A stretch of DNA of 63,553 nucleotides, filler included, from Sphacelaria rigidula (lineage: Eukaryota): assembly GCA_964200075.2 (NCBI GenBank). It is 8 parts of 8 records of this genome, joined end to end, with 100 filler letters (N's around TTAATTAATTAA, not from the genome) between each part and the next. Parts side by side here need not be neighbours in the genome. Positions count along the whole stretch, not along the records: positions 1 to 7,857 come from CAXNAA020013207.1; positions 7,958 to 15,814 come from CAXNAA020013208.1; 6 more parts are not named here. One strand, written 5' to 3'. Shown here in pieces: positions 1 to 12,172 of this stretch. The position numbers and the translations under genes were made by a program. Under the pieces are notes generated by a model. That model searched no databases and was not told the DNA's origin. It saw nothing but the letters and a program-made list of their open reading frames with translations. Each line of letters opens with the position of its first letter. Positions within the stretch are counted from its first letter, which is position 1.

Positions 1-45
1 GGGGGGGCGTACTCATTCGTTGCTTGCCTTAGTCATTTGACCATT
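1..45 (-). mobile_element. 3' tip of a LINE (same family as 22269-22560 and 58885-60244)
   Basis: GGGGGGGCGTACTCATTCGTTGCTTGCCTTAGTCATTTGACCATT is nearly identical to the 3' ends of the two longer LINE copies. Confidence 0.75.
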
Positions 46-360
46 GGGGGGGGGTTCTCATGATCGTGCATGCCATAGTTAAAAGACCATTGACCTCGCA
101 TCCCTACAAAGCCGGTACGGGGCACGCCGGGTTTTCGCCGGACCAGGCTCGCCCTCAAACCACCGGGCGCGAAGCGCCGTGGTGTGCTCGGCAACTCGCA
201 TGAAGGGTGAGCTGCATCCTGGTAAGATGGTTCGGCCCGAAGCCTACTGATTGTCTTGCATTAGGATGACAGCCTACAATGAGTTGCTTCATAAAGGGGG
301 GTATCGCCACTTGCAGAGACAGCCATGGCTTATACACAGCCTCGTGGGTGCGTCACCAGA
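46..360 (-). mobile_element. SINE-like element or LINE 3'-UTR dispersed repeat ending in oligo-C
   Basis: Its reverse complement matches 7671-7753 (3' part) and 7767-7857 (5' part); it ends ...GATCATGAGAA-C10 and both flanks carry G runs. Confidence 0.6.
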
Positions 361-589
361 AAAATGGGGGGGGGAGGGGGTGAGTCTCTCACGGTGTAAG
401 TTGTAAGGAGACCTTTTCAGTAGCTCATCCGAACAACGACTCACGAAAGATTTCAGTGCACGCTACGACTAGCATTCTAATGGGCTTGGGACATCTCGAG
501 TGAATTTAAAAGCGGAGATGACCTGGTCAGTATTCTTGCGTAGCTCGTAAGTTTAGGGGCCGGCCGATGACAAAAATCTAGGCCAAAAT

Positions 590-838
590 GACACTTTCTA
601 CGATAGCCCCCCCACAAAACCAGCTACAAGTGTCACGAAACAATTGACCACATAGCGCCTGATGTTCGGTTTCAGGCTACATGAAGCGCCTCATATTGAC
701 GACATTGGCTGGAACGAACCCAAGCGTGGGAATTCCCAGCTTCACGTTGTGCTCGGCCTTTCCCATTTCGATTCACGTGAAGATTTTGCCTCCTCAAACC
801 AGGCACTTTTGGGGGGGGGGGCTATCGTAGAAAGTGTC
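590..838. mobile_element. MITE, 249 bp, Sola1-like
   Basis: TIR GACACTTTCTACGATAGCCCCCCC / GGGGGGGCTATCGTAGAAAGTGTC; exact 4-bp TSD AAAT at 586-589 and 839-842. Confidence 0.85.
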
Positions 839-2284
839 AAATATGCAACCTCTACCGCGGCATGACTCAAACGCTCGAAGTAAACATATCGCCCTACAAA
901 ATATAGATAGTCTTCATTTGTTCTTCATTCAAATAAAACAGACGATTGTTGTCGGGTTTTGAACGGATTTGCGTATTTTTCTTCATCTCTGTGTGCTGAT
1001 TGAATGATCATCCTTGGGGTTTTCAGCGCTCGAATAAGAAAAAAGCGTTCGTTGTGATTGTGTGCTTCGCTCCTTTCCCCCCCTCTTCACCTGGAAAACG
1101 ATGTGCACTGGCGACACATCGCAGCGTGTGCTGGACGTATCGTGTTTTGGACGATTGAAGCTGGATCCTCGCATCGAGTGCAGCATGTACTGGTCCTGTT
1201 TTTTTTTTAATGTGTTGACGCTGTAATCTTAATGCAGTCAGCGCTTTGACAGCATGGGATGTACTTCAATGGGAAGGACTATCTCGACCTGTAGCAGGCA
1301 GCAGCACGCCCAACATGCCACGTAATCATCGCCTCATAACAAGGCATCATCAGGCCAAAACAACCTCACACTGCTAAAACGAAGCCTATCGAACAACAGA
1401 AAGCACAGCAATAACAGTAGACAGTCCAGTAGTACAAACGTCAAGAATCAGCTCTCGCTTGGAAGTGGGGCATGACAAAATCATGGAATTATAGAACGCT
1501 CGTCGGTATGTGGAAAATACACACACTTGCAGGGATTATGGTACACAAGTTGTGGATCATCAAAAACATCATACGAGTGCCCAGCTGTTCTCGTAGCGCC
1601 TCACCTGTCCTGACAGGCTTGATCCCACGAGCCTCGACAGCCGCCGTCCAACACACCAACGACATACACCGCCGGCCGCAGATCGGGATCGGGATTCAGC
1701 ATCACCTTCACCTGACGCAAACGAACGCAGCAATGAGTGGAAAATGTGTTCAGGAAAACAGTGACTTGAGACATAATTATCTTCTGCGGGGAGCAGTGGT
1801 TACACGCTACAAAAACATGGGTCACTCAATACATCTATTCATATACTGTACATGTGATGTCGCTGTTACCCAAGGTGGAAAAATTAAATCAACCGGTGAA
1901 GCAAAAGACGAGGCATAAAATTCTTCCGCAGGATCTCGTAAGTGGACACAAATAGTTGACCCCACAGCCAAAGGGGGGTAATCCTAGCCCCAGCACTCGT
2001 CCTTCTCTAATGATTCGTTCATACCAACACGTTTTTCTGGTGCTTGAATTTCATCTGCGAACGTCTGCAGCAAAAAATTGAAGACCCGCAAAGGTCTCGC
2101 CGTCAAAATGTCAAACATTTTCACTCAGTGGATATACCAATCAAACTAAAGCGGTGTACGAGTAGTAAGTCCTGACATTAGACTCTGTCAAACAGCCGGA
2201 AAACTTAGCTGTTATGCGTGCGCTTCTTATTTTATATACCGCGTTGAACCGCTTGGATGCACCAGACTTCCTGTCGAAACAATA

Positions 2285-3636
2285 TCACCTACTGATCTGC
2301 TTGATAACCCTGAGACTATCTATGTAGCTGAGCAGCCCCTCTCCATTTTCGAGTGCACCGCCTCCAACAACATATTTAGCGTTTTCGTGAACGTATAGCC
2401 CCTGACTCATGGCCACTTGTTTTTTGCGGTGTCCAGCGGTGTATTCGGAATGTATCTGTGGTATTCGGCGCTCAAAGGGTGAACATACGTTTGAGCATGT
2501 TCTCTGCACACCTTGTCCAAACCTTGTCCGCGAAATACCTTGATACGAAATGTGTGCGCGAGAGAGTGTTATAACTCCCGTGCGTCCGAGAGACGGAGTT
2601 CGTCCGAGAGACGGACCTGTGGCAATACTGTAGCCTCTCACCTCATCAACCCAGAACAATATCCTTGAGAACACGTGTATTAAAAACGACCTCAGGTACG
2701 TTGTGCCGGGACTGTACCCCACGATGACCGTCCCGACGCGGCCGCGATGTTCGCAAGAAGCGTCCCGCTCTGCTATCTGCGTCTTCGACGGAATCGTTTG
2801 GAACGGAGTCTTTTGGGGAAAGATTCGGTCTGGTTTATTGCTCCCCACGTTGCTATCGTTCTTGATGGTGATGGATACGGTAACTGGTGTGGAAGTTTGT
2901 GGAGAGTGGGGGTTGAGCAGAGCAGGATGATACGTGTCTTCACCGTACCGGTTCCGTCGATATTGTTGATATTGTCGTCGTCGTTGTTGTTGTTGTTGTT
3001 GTTCGTATTCGTTGTAATAACCGTCGAACTCTGTGGTTAGCGTTGACGTTGTAGAGACTTTTTCGAGAGCACCGGTAGAATGGTATTTGCTGTTGCTGTT
3101 GCTGTTGTTGTTGTTGTTGCTGTTGCTGCTGTTGCTGCTTCCGCTACTTCCCTCGATTCTGGTGATGTCTCCGTCGTTCGTTGTGGCAGGGTTGCTACTC
3201 TGTCGTCGAAAGAGCAGCTGCCGTTTTCGCCGTACTAGCATGGTGAAGAAACGGTCATGTCTTGGAGGTCAGGCGAGGCAATAACGGGGTTGTCGGACAC
3301 ACGCCATCGACCAGGCAGAGCCATCGACGAGGCAGAGCAGAAAGAAGCATACGCGGGCGCGTTTACAGGAGAGGTGGGGGAGCGTGGGGTGGTATCACAA
3401 GTATGTATCACGGGGTTCTCGCACAACACTTTCGCCATGAGATGAGTGGCCTTCGTTTGACAGACGCCTCTATACTCCCGGAGGATGCCCTGCGCACCGT
3501 GACGATCCTCCCTCTTTCGTTCTGGATTGCAAAGTGCCCATATCAAAAAGCATTTCTCGTACACGTATGCATGTAGTTCCCCATTGCGCAGTTTGCTAGC
3601 TAACCCATCTGCCTGCGAATCATTCAAAATCTTCAC
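2285..3636 (-). pseudogene. Degenerate low-complexity ORF region, possibly a retroelement gag-like relic
   Basis: Overlapping, frameshifted ORFs 3235-3636 and 2285-3241 with poly-N/S/Q tracts; no firm domain recognised. Confidence 0.25.
2973..3140. repeat. Compound trinucleotide microsatellites (GTC/GTT/GCT)n
   Basis: Two tracts visible directly at about 2973-3003 and 3087-3140. Confidence 0.9.
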
Positions 3637-4750
3637 TGCAGGAGAATTGGTACATCGATTACTTGGGCGCGCCGCACCTCATATCGGACTAAACACTGGC
3701 TGGTCTTTGAAGCCAGTAACCCCGGCGTTGTAACCAAGCGGTCCTTCGCTGTTCGTGGAAAGTATCCGGAATGACACCGTACCGTGTTTCGCGGGTTACC
3801 CAAACACCGAATCACGTATACTGCTTGAGGAAATACATTATTTTTTTACATATTCTAGCGGTACCATTTTGGGTCAACTAGTGGCCCCTTGAGCCCAATA
3901 AGGGCTTGAAACAAAGTCACTAAGGGGCGTGTCAGCGATGAACGAACTCAAGAGGATTACTCCCCAGTCGGAGGACTGATCATCAACCTACCTTTCAATA
4001 AACGCATCCCAGGTGAAATCATGCGGGAGGTACCCTGTTTCATGATCCAGAGGTGGAGGATCAGGCGACGACGGCTTGGTGATCCCTAGGGTCTGCCCTG
4101 CGGCGGAGGCCCACATACCCTGTTCATCAGAGCGTTCGCCGACAAGAACAACTTTGATGTTACGAGAAATTTGAGTACTGGAGAATCCGGTGTTGTCACC
4201 GCTCGATGTGAATGAAGCATTCTTGACTTCAGAGTAGTCGTTGGCTTTTCAATCTCATGCGTGCAAACCAGTAACACGAGATTTTACACTTTGAGGATCG
4301 ATATGTTTTTAGAGTGGACCTTCGGGGCCTTATATATTACCTGGGGGAAGGCTTGTTCGGTTCGAAGACCGACAGCATTTCTACAGCCACCTTCTTAGTT
4401 TTCACCGTTCGAGATAATGTAAGGAAGAGACTAGTGGCGAAAAAACATTGAGCGTCGATTCCATGATGCTAGACGAAGCGGATGTAAGTGGAATCATGGA
4501 AATGGAAAATGTGGGGCGAAAAACGGTAATGGTAACAACTGTGAAAAACGACGATGACAACACATATGAGGGACTAACGTCCACCCGTGTCCTCCATCAT
4601 CATGCCCCCCGCGTGCAGGCTGCGGTCACGGCCGGATTCGTAGCGGACCAGTGAATTTGCGACAATCGATTAGCCAACGAATCAAGCAACCAATCGAGGC
4701 TAGGTCCAGCCAGACGGGCCAGAAGCCTTCCCGGGCCGGACACATCCGAC

Positions 4751-5046
4751 CGTAAGCATCGAAATATTCGCGACAACAAAATCCAAACGGACCAGTAGGT
4801 CGTGATATGTGGCCTCGTTCATCCTAGAAAAAAATCATGCGCAGTTTGTAAAATCCTGTTTTCACAGGGGGTTCTGAAAAATAAGAACAGTTGTTTGTAC
4901 GGAAATGAACGGAGGTCGGGATTGTTCCGGTATAAAAACGGGATTTAAGAAAATGTGGATAGATTCTTTTGAGGATAAGAGGGACCACACATCACGACCG
5001 GAGAGTGCGCTTGCTTTTTGTTTCCGAGAATATTTCGATGCTTATG
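4751..5046. mobile_element. MITE-like element with imperfect long TIRs
   Basis: TAAGCATCGAAATATTCGCGACAACAAA vs TTTGTTTCCGAGAATATTTCGATGCTTA, plus an inner inverted match GGTCGTGATATGTGG / CCACACATCACGACC. Confidence 0.65.
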
Positions 5047-7670
5047 ATTGACGTTCCCAAGGTTCATCCTCAATGAAAACTGCGTCCTCATTTTGGCATC
5101 GTCCCGTGTTCAACGCACATGTTTTGTATGTACTTTCATTTCAACGTAAGACCACTTCCGTAGCTATCCTCGCGAAAAATCAAGGTCGAAGGGAAAATCC
5201 CGCTCTTCATTCCTTCATCAGATTCTCAGTGATCGTTTTCTCGTTTGTCTATGTAACTTGTCCGTCACCAAAGATGGACCCAAACGATACAAAGCATAGC
5301 AGCCGCGAACTTGGGCGGACTGTGTTGTTGTGTTCGATCCCTGACGCTACAAGAGTCGTTTCTCTCGTTCGCTTTTCCCGAATACGTGAAAATGTGACTC
5401 GTCAGAAATATGATCGAAATCCGAGACACAAGTTGACATTATCAACTTTGTCACACACGGCCCATGAACAGATGGCATCAAGGACCGATGATGCAAGAAA
5501 CGCGAAGACACCGGTCGGTGCGCGGCGGTGTCCCGCCAAGGCTAAGTTGCTCGATGAGAGCCAGCTTTTGAAAAAACAATTGGAGTAAAAGAATATATAG
5601 AACATGCTGTACAGGACTACAAATATGATGAGACGCTTTACAGCTGTACAGAAGCCGGTCACGTTCTTGACTCTCGACCTCATTAGGGCCGGCAGACAAG
5701 CATGACCAGCAAGTAATGGTTGATGGGTCGTAACTCTTTAGGCGTGGTAACCCCTAACTCACAGGATATGGGTTTCTGACCGATGGCAAAGCAGCTGCCC
5801 CTCACATAAATCCCAGTGGCCGATCTAGGGGTTGACTTGTGCCATGTTGCGCGTAAGCGATTGACGTAGTGACAGGGTCTTCCACGTTTTCTCCGTATTT
5901 GACAGCTGGCGCCTTCTCTATCCTACTATGCATGACGCCATGCTCCATATTATAGTACAAGCTGGGTCCAAAACGCTCAGACACGTGAAAAATGACCAAC
6001 GCGTGCCACGAGAGGAACCACACGCCGCAAGACGCCCCGTGCACGAGATAACACAGCAAAATCGAGAAACGCACCTCCTGTAAAGCGGAGAGTATGGAGG
6101 GCATCCACCGAATGAGGCGTGGCAAAATTCGTATTATCTGTCGAGAGATACATACTACTGAGAAATTTACTTGTTTTGTCCTGGCATTCATGCAGGATCT
6201 GTAGGAGCAGACAGATGTTGCCAAAGACGACTTGCGCCATGTTTCTTCGGCATAACTTACCTCAACACATTTTCGGACAGAAGAAAAAATATGAAGATAT
6301 GGACAAAACAAAAACTGAAACATCGACAAACGTTAAATATCTAACTCGTGGAAGATTTGGAAGCTGGAACTTCGAAATTGGTTAGTAGGCTGCATTATCG
6401 CCATCCAGTGCCATCCAGTACCATATCGAGGAGTGAGTGTCCGTGAAGATCAGATCGTGGCTATTTTCTCAGATCAAGCACTTTTTTTTGTGTCCCACTC
6501 CTAAGCCCTCCCCTTCCTCAGGACGAGACCTCGGTCTCAAGGCATCAACCAACCCACCTTTCCCTCAGTTAAGAGGTTACATTTTTAGTATCGCGGATTG
6601 GATTATGACTATAGTACTATCACCACTCCCTCACCACGTCGACTGTCGCGTGACACACTCAGCGAAACATGGTATTTTTGCTACTCGTATCCTCACGCTT
6701 TCAAGCACAGAAATGAGATGCTTCTTCTCGGAATAACATCGAAGTACTAAATATAGACGCATCTGTCGGGGAATCGAACGCGCCTTTTTGCCAACCTGAC
6801 GGTGCCAGCAAAAAGGCGCCGAGACATTGTTCCCTACAGACAGTAGTTTTCTTGCAGCTTTGACATGAGCAACGGGCTGTATTTCCCTTTTTTTCCGATG
6901 GTACTTCATAAGTGTTCCCGTATATCTGCCTTGAGCACGCCTATGCTGTGAAGATGACGGCTGGATTTGATTGACACAGTGGTTCCGTAAGTGTGAAACA
7001 GTCTATCAACTTCATCAACTTCACCAACGGATAGTTTATGTCGCACTTCATCTTCCCGAATGGGCATCGAAGTCATTACTCGTTGTGAGAATACACCGTG
7101 TCAAATCTGTCAATCGGAAGACATCCAGCGAATGACGGTGGACACTTAGTAGAACGCGAAATCAATTTTTGACAATTTGATCAAGTGCACAGCAGTCGAT
7201 GTAACTTCGGCAGATGAATGATGTTGGATTGACAAAAGGTTTCTAACACCGCCGTCGTGTTCCCACCTGTAGGAGCTTGAACGTTCGTCCGGTGTACATT
7301 GAGCAAAAACTGGTCTGCCGTTGACGTCCAAACTACAGAAAGCTAGAAAGAAACCCCAACCTAAAAAAGAAAGTGACGACTGAGTAGTGCCACAGTAGGG
7401 GTGCACGATATATTTCTCACGTTTGCATTGTTGGGAACCCGTCGTCTCATCTTAAACCCAACTTCTAACGTTTGTGAAAGCATGCCACGATTAGAATTTC
7501 AATGACCTAGTGATATCTCGAATAATTTTTGAAACGGTAAATGTCCTGACCCATGTTCTTGTGTAGCTTTTAAGTTTAGGAGCCCCTCCATAAGAAATAT
7601 TTGGCCCCAATTGTCCAACCCCCTACCGTGGTAGTGGTACAACGCCCCCCCCCCCCTCCCCTCCCGGTTA

Positions 7671-7753
7671 AAACCCGGCGTGCTCCGTCCCGGCTTTGTA
7701 GGGATGCGAGGTCAATAGTCTTCTGACTATGGCATGCATGATCATGAAAAGAC
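7671..7753 (+). mobile_element. 5'-truncated copy of the SINE-like element with 13-bp TSD
   Basis: Matches the reverse complement of about 55-137; flanked by direct repeats CCCCTCCCGGTTA (7658-7670 and 7754-7766). Confidence 0.7.
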
Positions 7754-7766
7754 CCCCTCCCGGTTA

Positions 7767-7857
7767 GACACCCATGAGGTAGTGCAAAAGCTGTGGCTGT
7801 CTCTGGAAGTGGCGATACCACAGAATAAAGGAACTCATTGTTGGCTGTCATCCAAAT
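7767..7857 (+). mobile_element. Further partial copy of the SINE-like element, cut by the contig end
   Basis: TGGCTGTCTCTGGAAGTGGCGATACC...AACTCATTGTTGGCTGTCATCC matches the reverse complement of about 260-350. Confidence 0.65.
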
Positions 7858-7957
7858 NNNNNNNNNNNNNNNNNNNNNNNNNNNNNNNNNNNNNNNNNNN
7901 NTTAATTAATTAANNNNNNNNNNNNNNNNNNNNNNNNNNNNNNNNNNNNNNNNNNNN
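7858..7957. other. Artificial contig-joining spacer
   Basis: N44-TTAATTAATTAA-N44. Confidence 0.99.
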
Positions 7958-8129
7958 GCCTGTTGGTGACACATGACCATGCTATGTCATGTTCACAAAG
8001 AAAATGATCATTCGCAAAACGCTGAACAACGACACTTGAACACAGCGTCTCAATCGAATTTAGTGAAGTCAATAATTCATTCAAGGGCAAGTTCAAGTCG
8101 TGGCATGCTCACACAAAGCAAACGCGCCG

Positions 8130-8545
8130 AGGATAATACCATTTCAAACCGTAGCATTCGATCATACCATGCACTCAGAGCTTTATACCATACTTTGCCT
8201 ACAACCGTATCCGCACCTTTTGACTCAGTTTCAACTGACGCAGCTCAGAACAAATATGCGGTGCTCCTTCCAGAAAAATGGGCACACCATCCATATTCTC
8301 CGTTTCTCAGATGCGAAACACCATCTATGAGCTTATCCAAACACATGACAAGCCATCAAAGATGTACCACAGTAAAGGTTCAGTGTCTGCATCAGCCCAC
8401 TGGAGATTTCAGCAATGATAGCTTACAATGTGCGTGATTGCCATATGGTGGTAGAGCTATGCAAGAAGAGGTCAGTGACCAGCAACATCCTGTACCTGTC
8501 TAGGGTTACCGGAGCGCCCCTTGCTGATGTCGTCATGTACCATAC
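8130..8545 (+). pseudogene. Family-B DNA polymerase 3'-5' exonuclease domain relic
   Basis: IAYNVRDCHMVVELCKKRSVTSNILYLSRVTGAPLADVVMY fits the PolB Exo III YxxxD motif and the following helix pattern; frameshifted upstream 'VAFDH' resembles Exo II. Confidence 0.5.
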
Positions 8546-8789
8546 GTTTGCATTCGCGCACGATTTCTTTTATCGTCAACCCCTGGAAATACTCACGTTA
8601 TACTTGTTTACATACAGGCCTACGCATTTCGTAGTTTCCGCTCATTTTCACGCCAGCAGCAGCAATCACCATCTCCTACAGTCATTTTCTGTAAACCGAA
8701 CAAAGATGATTCCACTTTTTTCGCGAACAATAATATACGAGCTTTATTTCATTCAAAACACAGCAGTGTATTGAAAACTGCCTCACTCT

Positions 8790-9720
8790 GACTCTTCATC
8801 AGACACCATGCACATCAGTCACACCTGCATGCTCATATTTCACCCAGCAGCTTCTTTGCAGGGACCACTATGTATCATGCGTGCCAACCAGCGCAACACA
8901 ACAGACAAGTCCAGGAACCACATCACCACCATCTACAATCGTCCACAAAACGATTCAGGCATACAAGTCACAATGTGCTTCCTCATTCTCAACAAGCAAT
9001 TCCACTAGTACTTGCTCCTTAACATCACCCAACCCGGCGCTCACCGCAACATCGAGCACCTCAGGCAATGCCTGCCTTGTAATTCTCCTGCGCTCCTCCT
9101 GAGAAACAGCAGTTCTCCGGCTACAATCTGATCCACACCGTAGAGTAGCATTTCCACTCTAACAGTCGCTCCTTGCATCATAGATGCAGCTACAGCTCTC
9201 AAAGCTGTTCCGAAAACCAGTGCGCAATGCCCACTGCACGACAGGTACCAAACTCAATCAGGCGTTGTGGCATCGCGTCTTCCTCTCTGCATTATGACCT
9301 TCAAGGTACGAACAATGTCACGCACCATTCGCTCACATTCACGATGAGACAACCGCGAGTTGGCCACCACGAACCTGTGATCCATCAATCAGCGCCTTCT
9401 TGAGCACTCTCACCACACGATTCTCATAGTGCGATAGCGTATCGTTGACCCATCCCTCCTGCGGCCCTAGCGCGTTGCACCATGTCAACACATGCTTCAC
9501 CGTCGTTGCCGCCGTACAAGACTCCGCGGGCTCCAACCGCACGAAGCCACCCGGGTCATCCATCCTTACCAGTATGTACTTGAACCGATCTCCTTTGTCC
9601 AAGCCATTATCTCCCAGCGGACCACCCTCGCCAACACTGAGAAAATTGAAATGAAAAGCCTTCCCTGGGCGAGCACCATGCACCACCTCCTTGTGGTGAC
9701 GGGAAACTTCCTCCCCCGCC
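8790..9720 (-). mobile_element. Ty3/Gypsy integrase relic
   Basis: VHGARPGKAFHFNFLSVGEGGPL...FKYILVRMDD...LEPAESCTA...WCNALG aligns by eye with the integrase at 44430-45194; frameshifted. Confidence 0.85.
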
Positions 9721-10038
9721 TTGTATACACTCATCCAGCGAAAACAGGACTTCTTGGGCGTTGCAGCAACCCAAGTCGAGAATTTCATTTTTGAGGATCT
9801 CAGGCTCGTTTTGGTCAAACATTGAGACTCTACGGGTAAATATCTGTGCTGAACTCAAGGGGAAGATAAGAATTAAAATAGGAAGGTGCAAGACGGTCGG
9901 CAGGTAAGAGGCTGCAAGAATGCACCGCACCTCAGAATTACAAGAAACTACCTTCATAATCACCATGGCCACATCAGGCCCACAAGGTTATCGTTCCGCT
10001 CCATTGTCGTTCAGCTCTAGTGCCCATTTCTCACTCAC

Positions 10039-11900
10039 TTGCACTCGTCTTCCTTTGCCGTTATTTTGCCACTCAAAAGGGACGAGGAAGGTTATCCGTT
10101 CGGGAAAAAGAAGTTCATGGGCGAGCTAACACCTTCTCAAGTGGAAAACACTGAAGAAAATGTCGCCGGCGTCGATTTTGGCGAGGTGGTGTGCAAGATG
10201 ACGCCGAAGCCGGACCCCAGATCGCTCCCGGCATCCAAAAGCACGAGCGGCGCTGTTAAGGCAGCGGAAACTAGCGACCCCACTCGTAAGACTAGGGGGG
10301 AAAGCAGCGGAGGTATGAAGACGGGGGGGAACGATCGAACTTCGGATGGAAGAGCGCGTGAAAATGCCGAAATGGCAGGGGAGAACATTCAAAGTTCCTT
10401 CCCCCACTCGGAAAGTAGGGATCAGGGGAAGGAGGCGAAGCGTACGCCGGAACGCGAACGGCGGCGACGTCCGAGGGACAAGGGAGTAGAAGTAGATGAA
10501 GCTCGATTGTCGAAAACCAAATTATCGAAGCGTTACAAAGCCGATCTGAAGTCGTTCAGCGAACGTGAGCCCCGCAATATCGACAGAGGGGATGATAACG
10601 GCACCACGTGGATGAGAGAATCGAAAAGAGGAGGGTGGGGTGGATGTTGCCAGGAAGCACGGACAAGATTGCGCCAAACAAGGCGCAATAAACTAGCGAG
10701 GATATAAACTCGAACGGCGACGGCGCCCGCGAGAGTCACATCGTGGCGAGCAATAACCGATTGCAACGTGTTCGAAAGAATGTTATATCGAGTCGACAAT
10801 CGATGGGAACCGACGCTGCCGAGGGCCACAACGCGATTAGCAACATCAGATCGGAGAACCTGGGCGGGGGGGAGGTTTAATGGGAAGGGCAGGACCTCGA
10901 GGGGCAACAGCTTCCTCGAGGACCATGATGCGGGCAATCGCGATCAATCGGCTGCCTGCCCCGGGGAATAGAAAATCGACGATGTTGGATGCCGTCCGAT
11001 CAAACAGAAGGGAAACTCGATGGCAAAGACCGCCAACTTGTTGAAACACGCGGAGGGGAAGGAAAATGGCGCTGGAAATGGCGCTGCCCTTATACCATCC
11101 TCCCAACCCAAGAGGACGAGTCAGCCGCCACTCCCGAGTTGAGGTGTCAAAGGTATTCGAAAGACATATACGGAGTAAACACGGATATGACGTCGATTCG
11201 AGTGGCTACACAGGCGACAAGATCGATCATCGGAATAGAAACCAGAAGAGCAAGCTGATATGCAGATATGAGAACGAGCCAGAGCAAGGTATCGACGTTT
11301 GGTGAGTTCCTGTGCTATGTCATACAAACCGATGCTGTTTGCGCTGGGCTGCAGCATTTGGCGAGATATCGCAATGGGTTCCTCTACAGCAGTCTCCGAG
11401 CTCCGATGAAGTATGATAGCGTACCGTGGAGAACCGTACGTATCACGGAGAAGGTCGTTAATTTCACTGTTCTCATATTTCCGTCATTTCACGGTTCTGT
11501 AGTATTGATCCCTCCGCGACGATGGGATAACCTGTAACCTGTGAAGTGATGTCCGCACAATCTGTCGATCTCATTTGGTGCTACAGATACAACCGTCCCA
11601 CAATCACGACTCGATTACTCTCGTCCAACTGTCCATAACTTGCAACCAGCCTACGAGTCGGGCCGCCGCAATCATGAAGGGCAAGCGGATAAGCATGCGG
11701 TTGAAGATGAGAAATTGTGGTTCCCTAGTTTCAAATCAGGCGATCAAGCGATACAGGACTGCTGTCGCCTTTCAACTGTACGAGGACAGTAAAGTCAACT
11801 ACAGTCATCGATAGGACAGAGGGTATATTTCATTTCGGGCACAGCTTCCACAAAATTCAACTTCGAATCATAGCTGTAAGCACCAACGAGTGTCCGATCG
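10039..11900 (+). mobile_element. Highly degenerate LTR-retroelement relic, possibly Copia-like
   Basis: Charged gag-like ORF 10039-10707, then an integrase-like stretch (SIIGIETRRAS) and an RNase H-like stretch (AFQLYEDSK); many stops. Confidence 0.3.
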
Positions 11901-12172
11901 CGCTTGTCACCGATAATAAACGCGCCGTTCCACCCAAATACAAGCGCACGGCACCTGTGAGTCTTTTACCTGTGGGATCAAACACTCGACCTGACGTCGC
12001 ACGCCTGACCCTCTGACACGCTCTTTCGCGCTGTACGGTAATAAGGGAAGAACCGCACGGTGCGACTTGTACCTCTTCGGCTCATGACAACGGCCACGTG
12101 TCATTCAGAACAAAAATACTGAACCCTGAGAAATTGGGCACGGTCCATATCTGTAAAAGAAAAAGAAAAAGT

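Noticed and set aside
5270-7300. Possible MULE transposase relic (RCPAKAKL and other fragments)
   Set aside because: Motifs are too short and broken to support without a profile search.
46-7753. Inverted repeats at both ends of contig 1 as TIRs of one 7.7-kb element
   Set aside because: They are separate copies of a dispersed short element in opposite orientation; the right copy has its own TSD.
7902-7913. Periodic TTAATTAATTAA motif as a biological signal
   Set aside because: It is embedded in N runs and is an all-frame-stop assembly linker.
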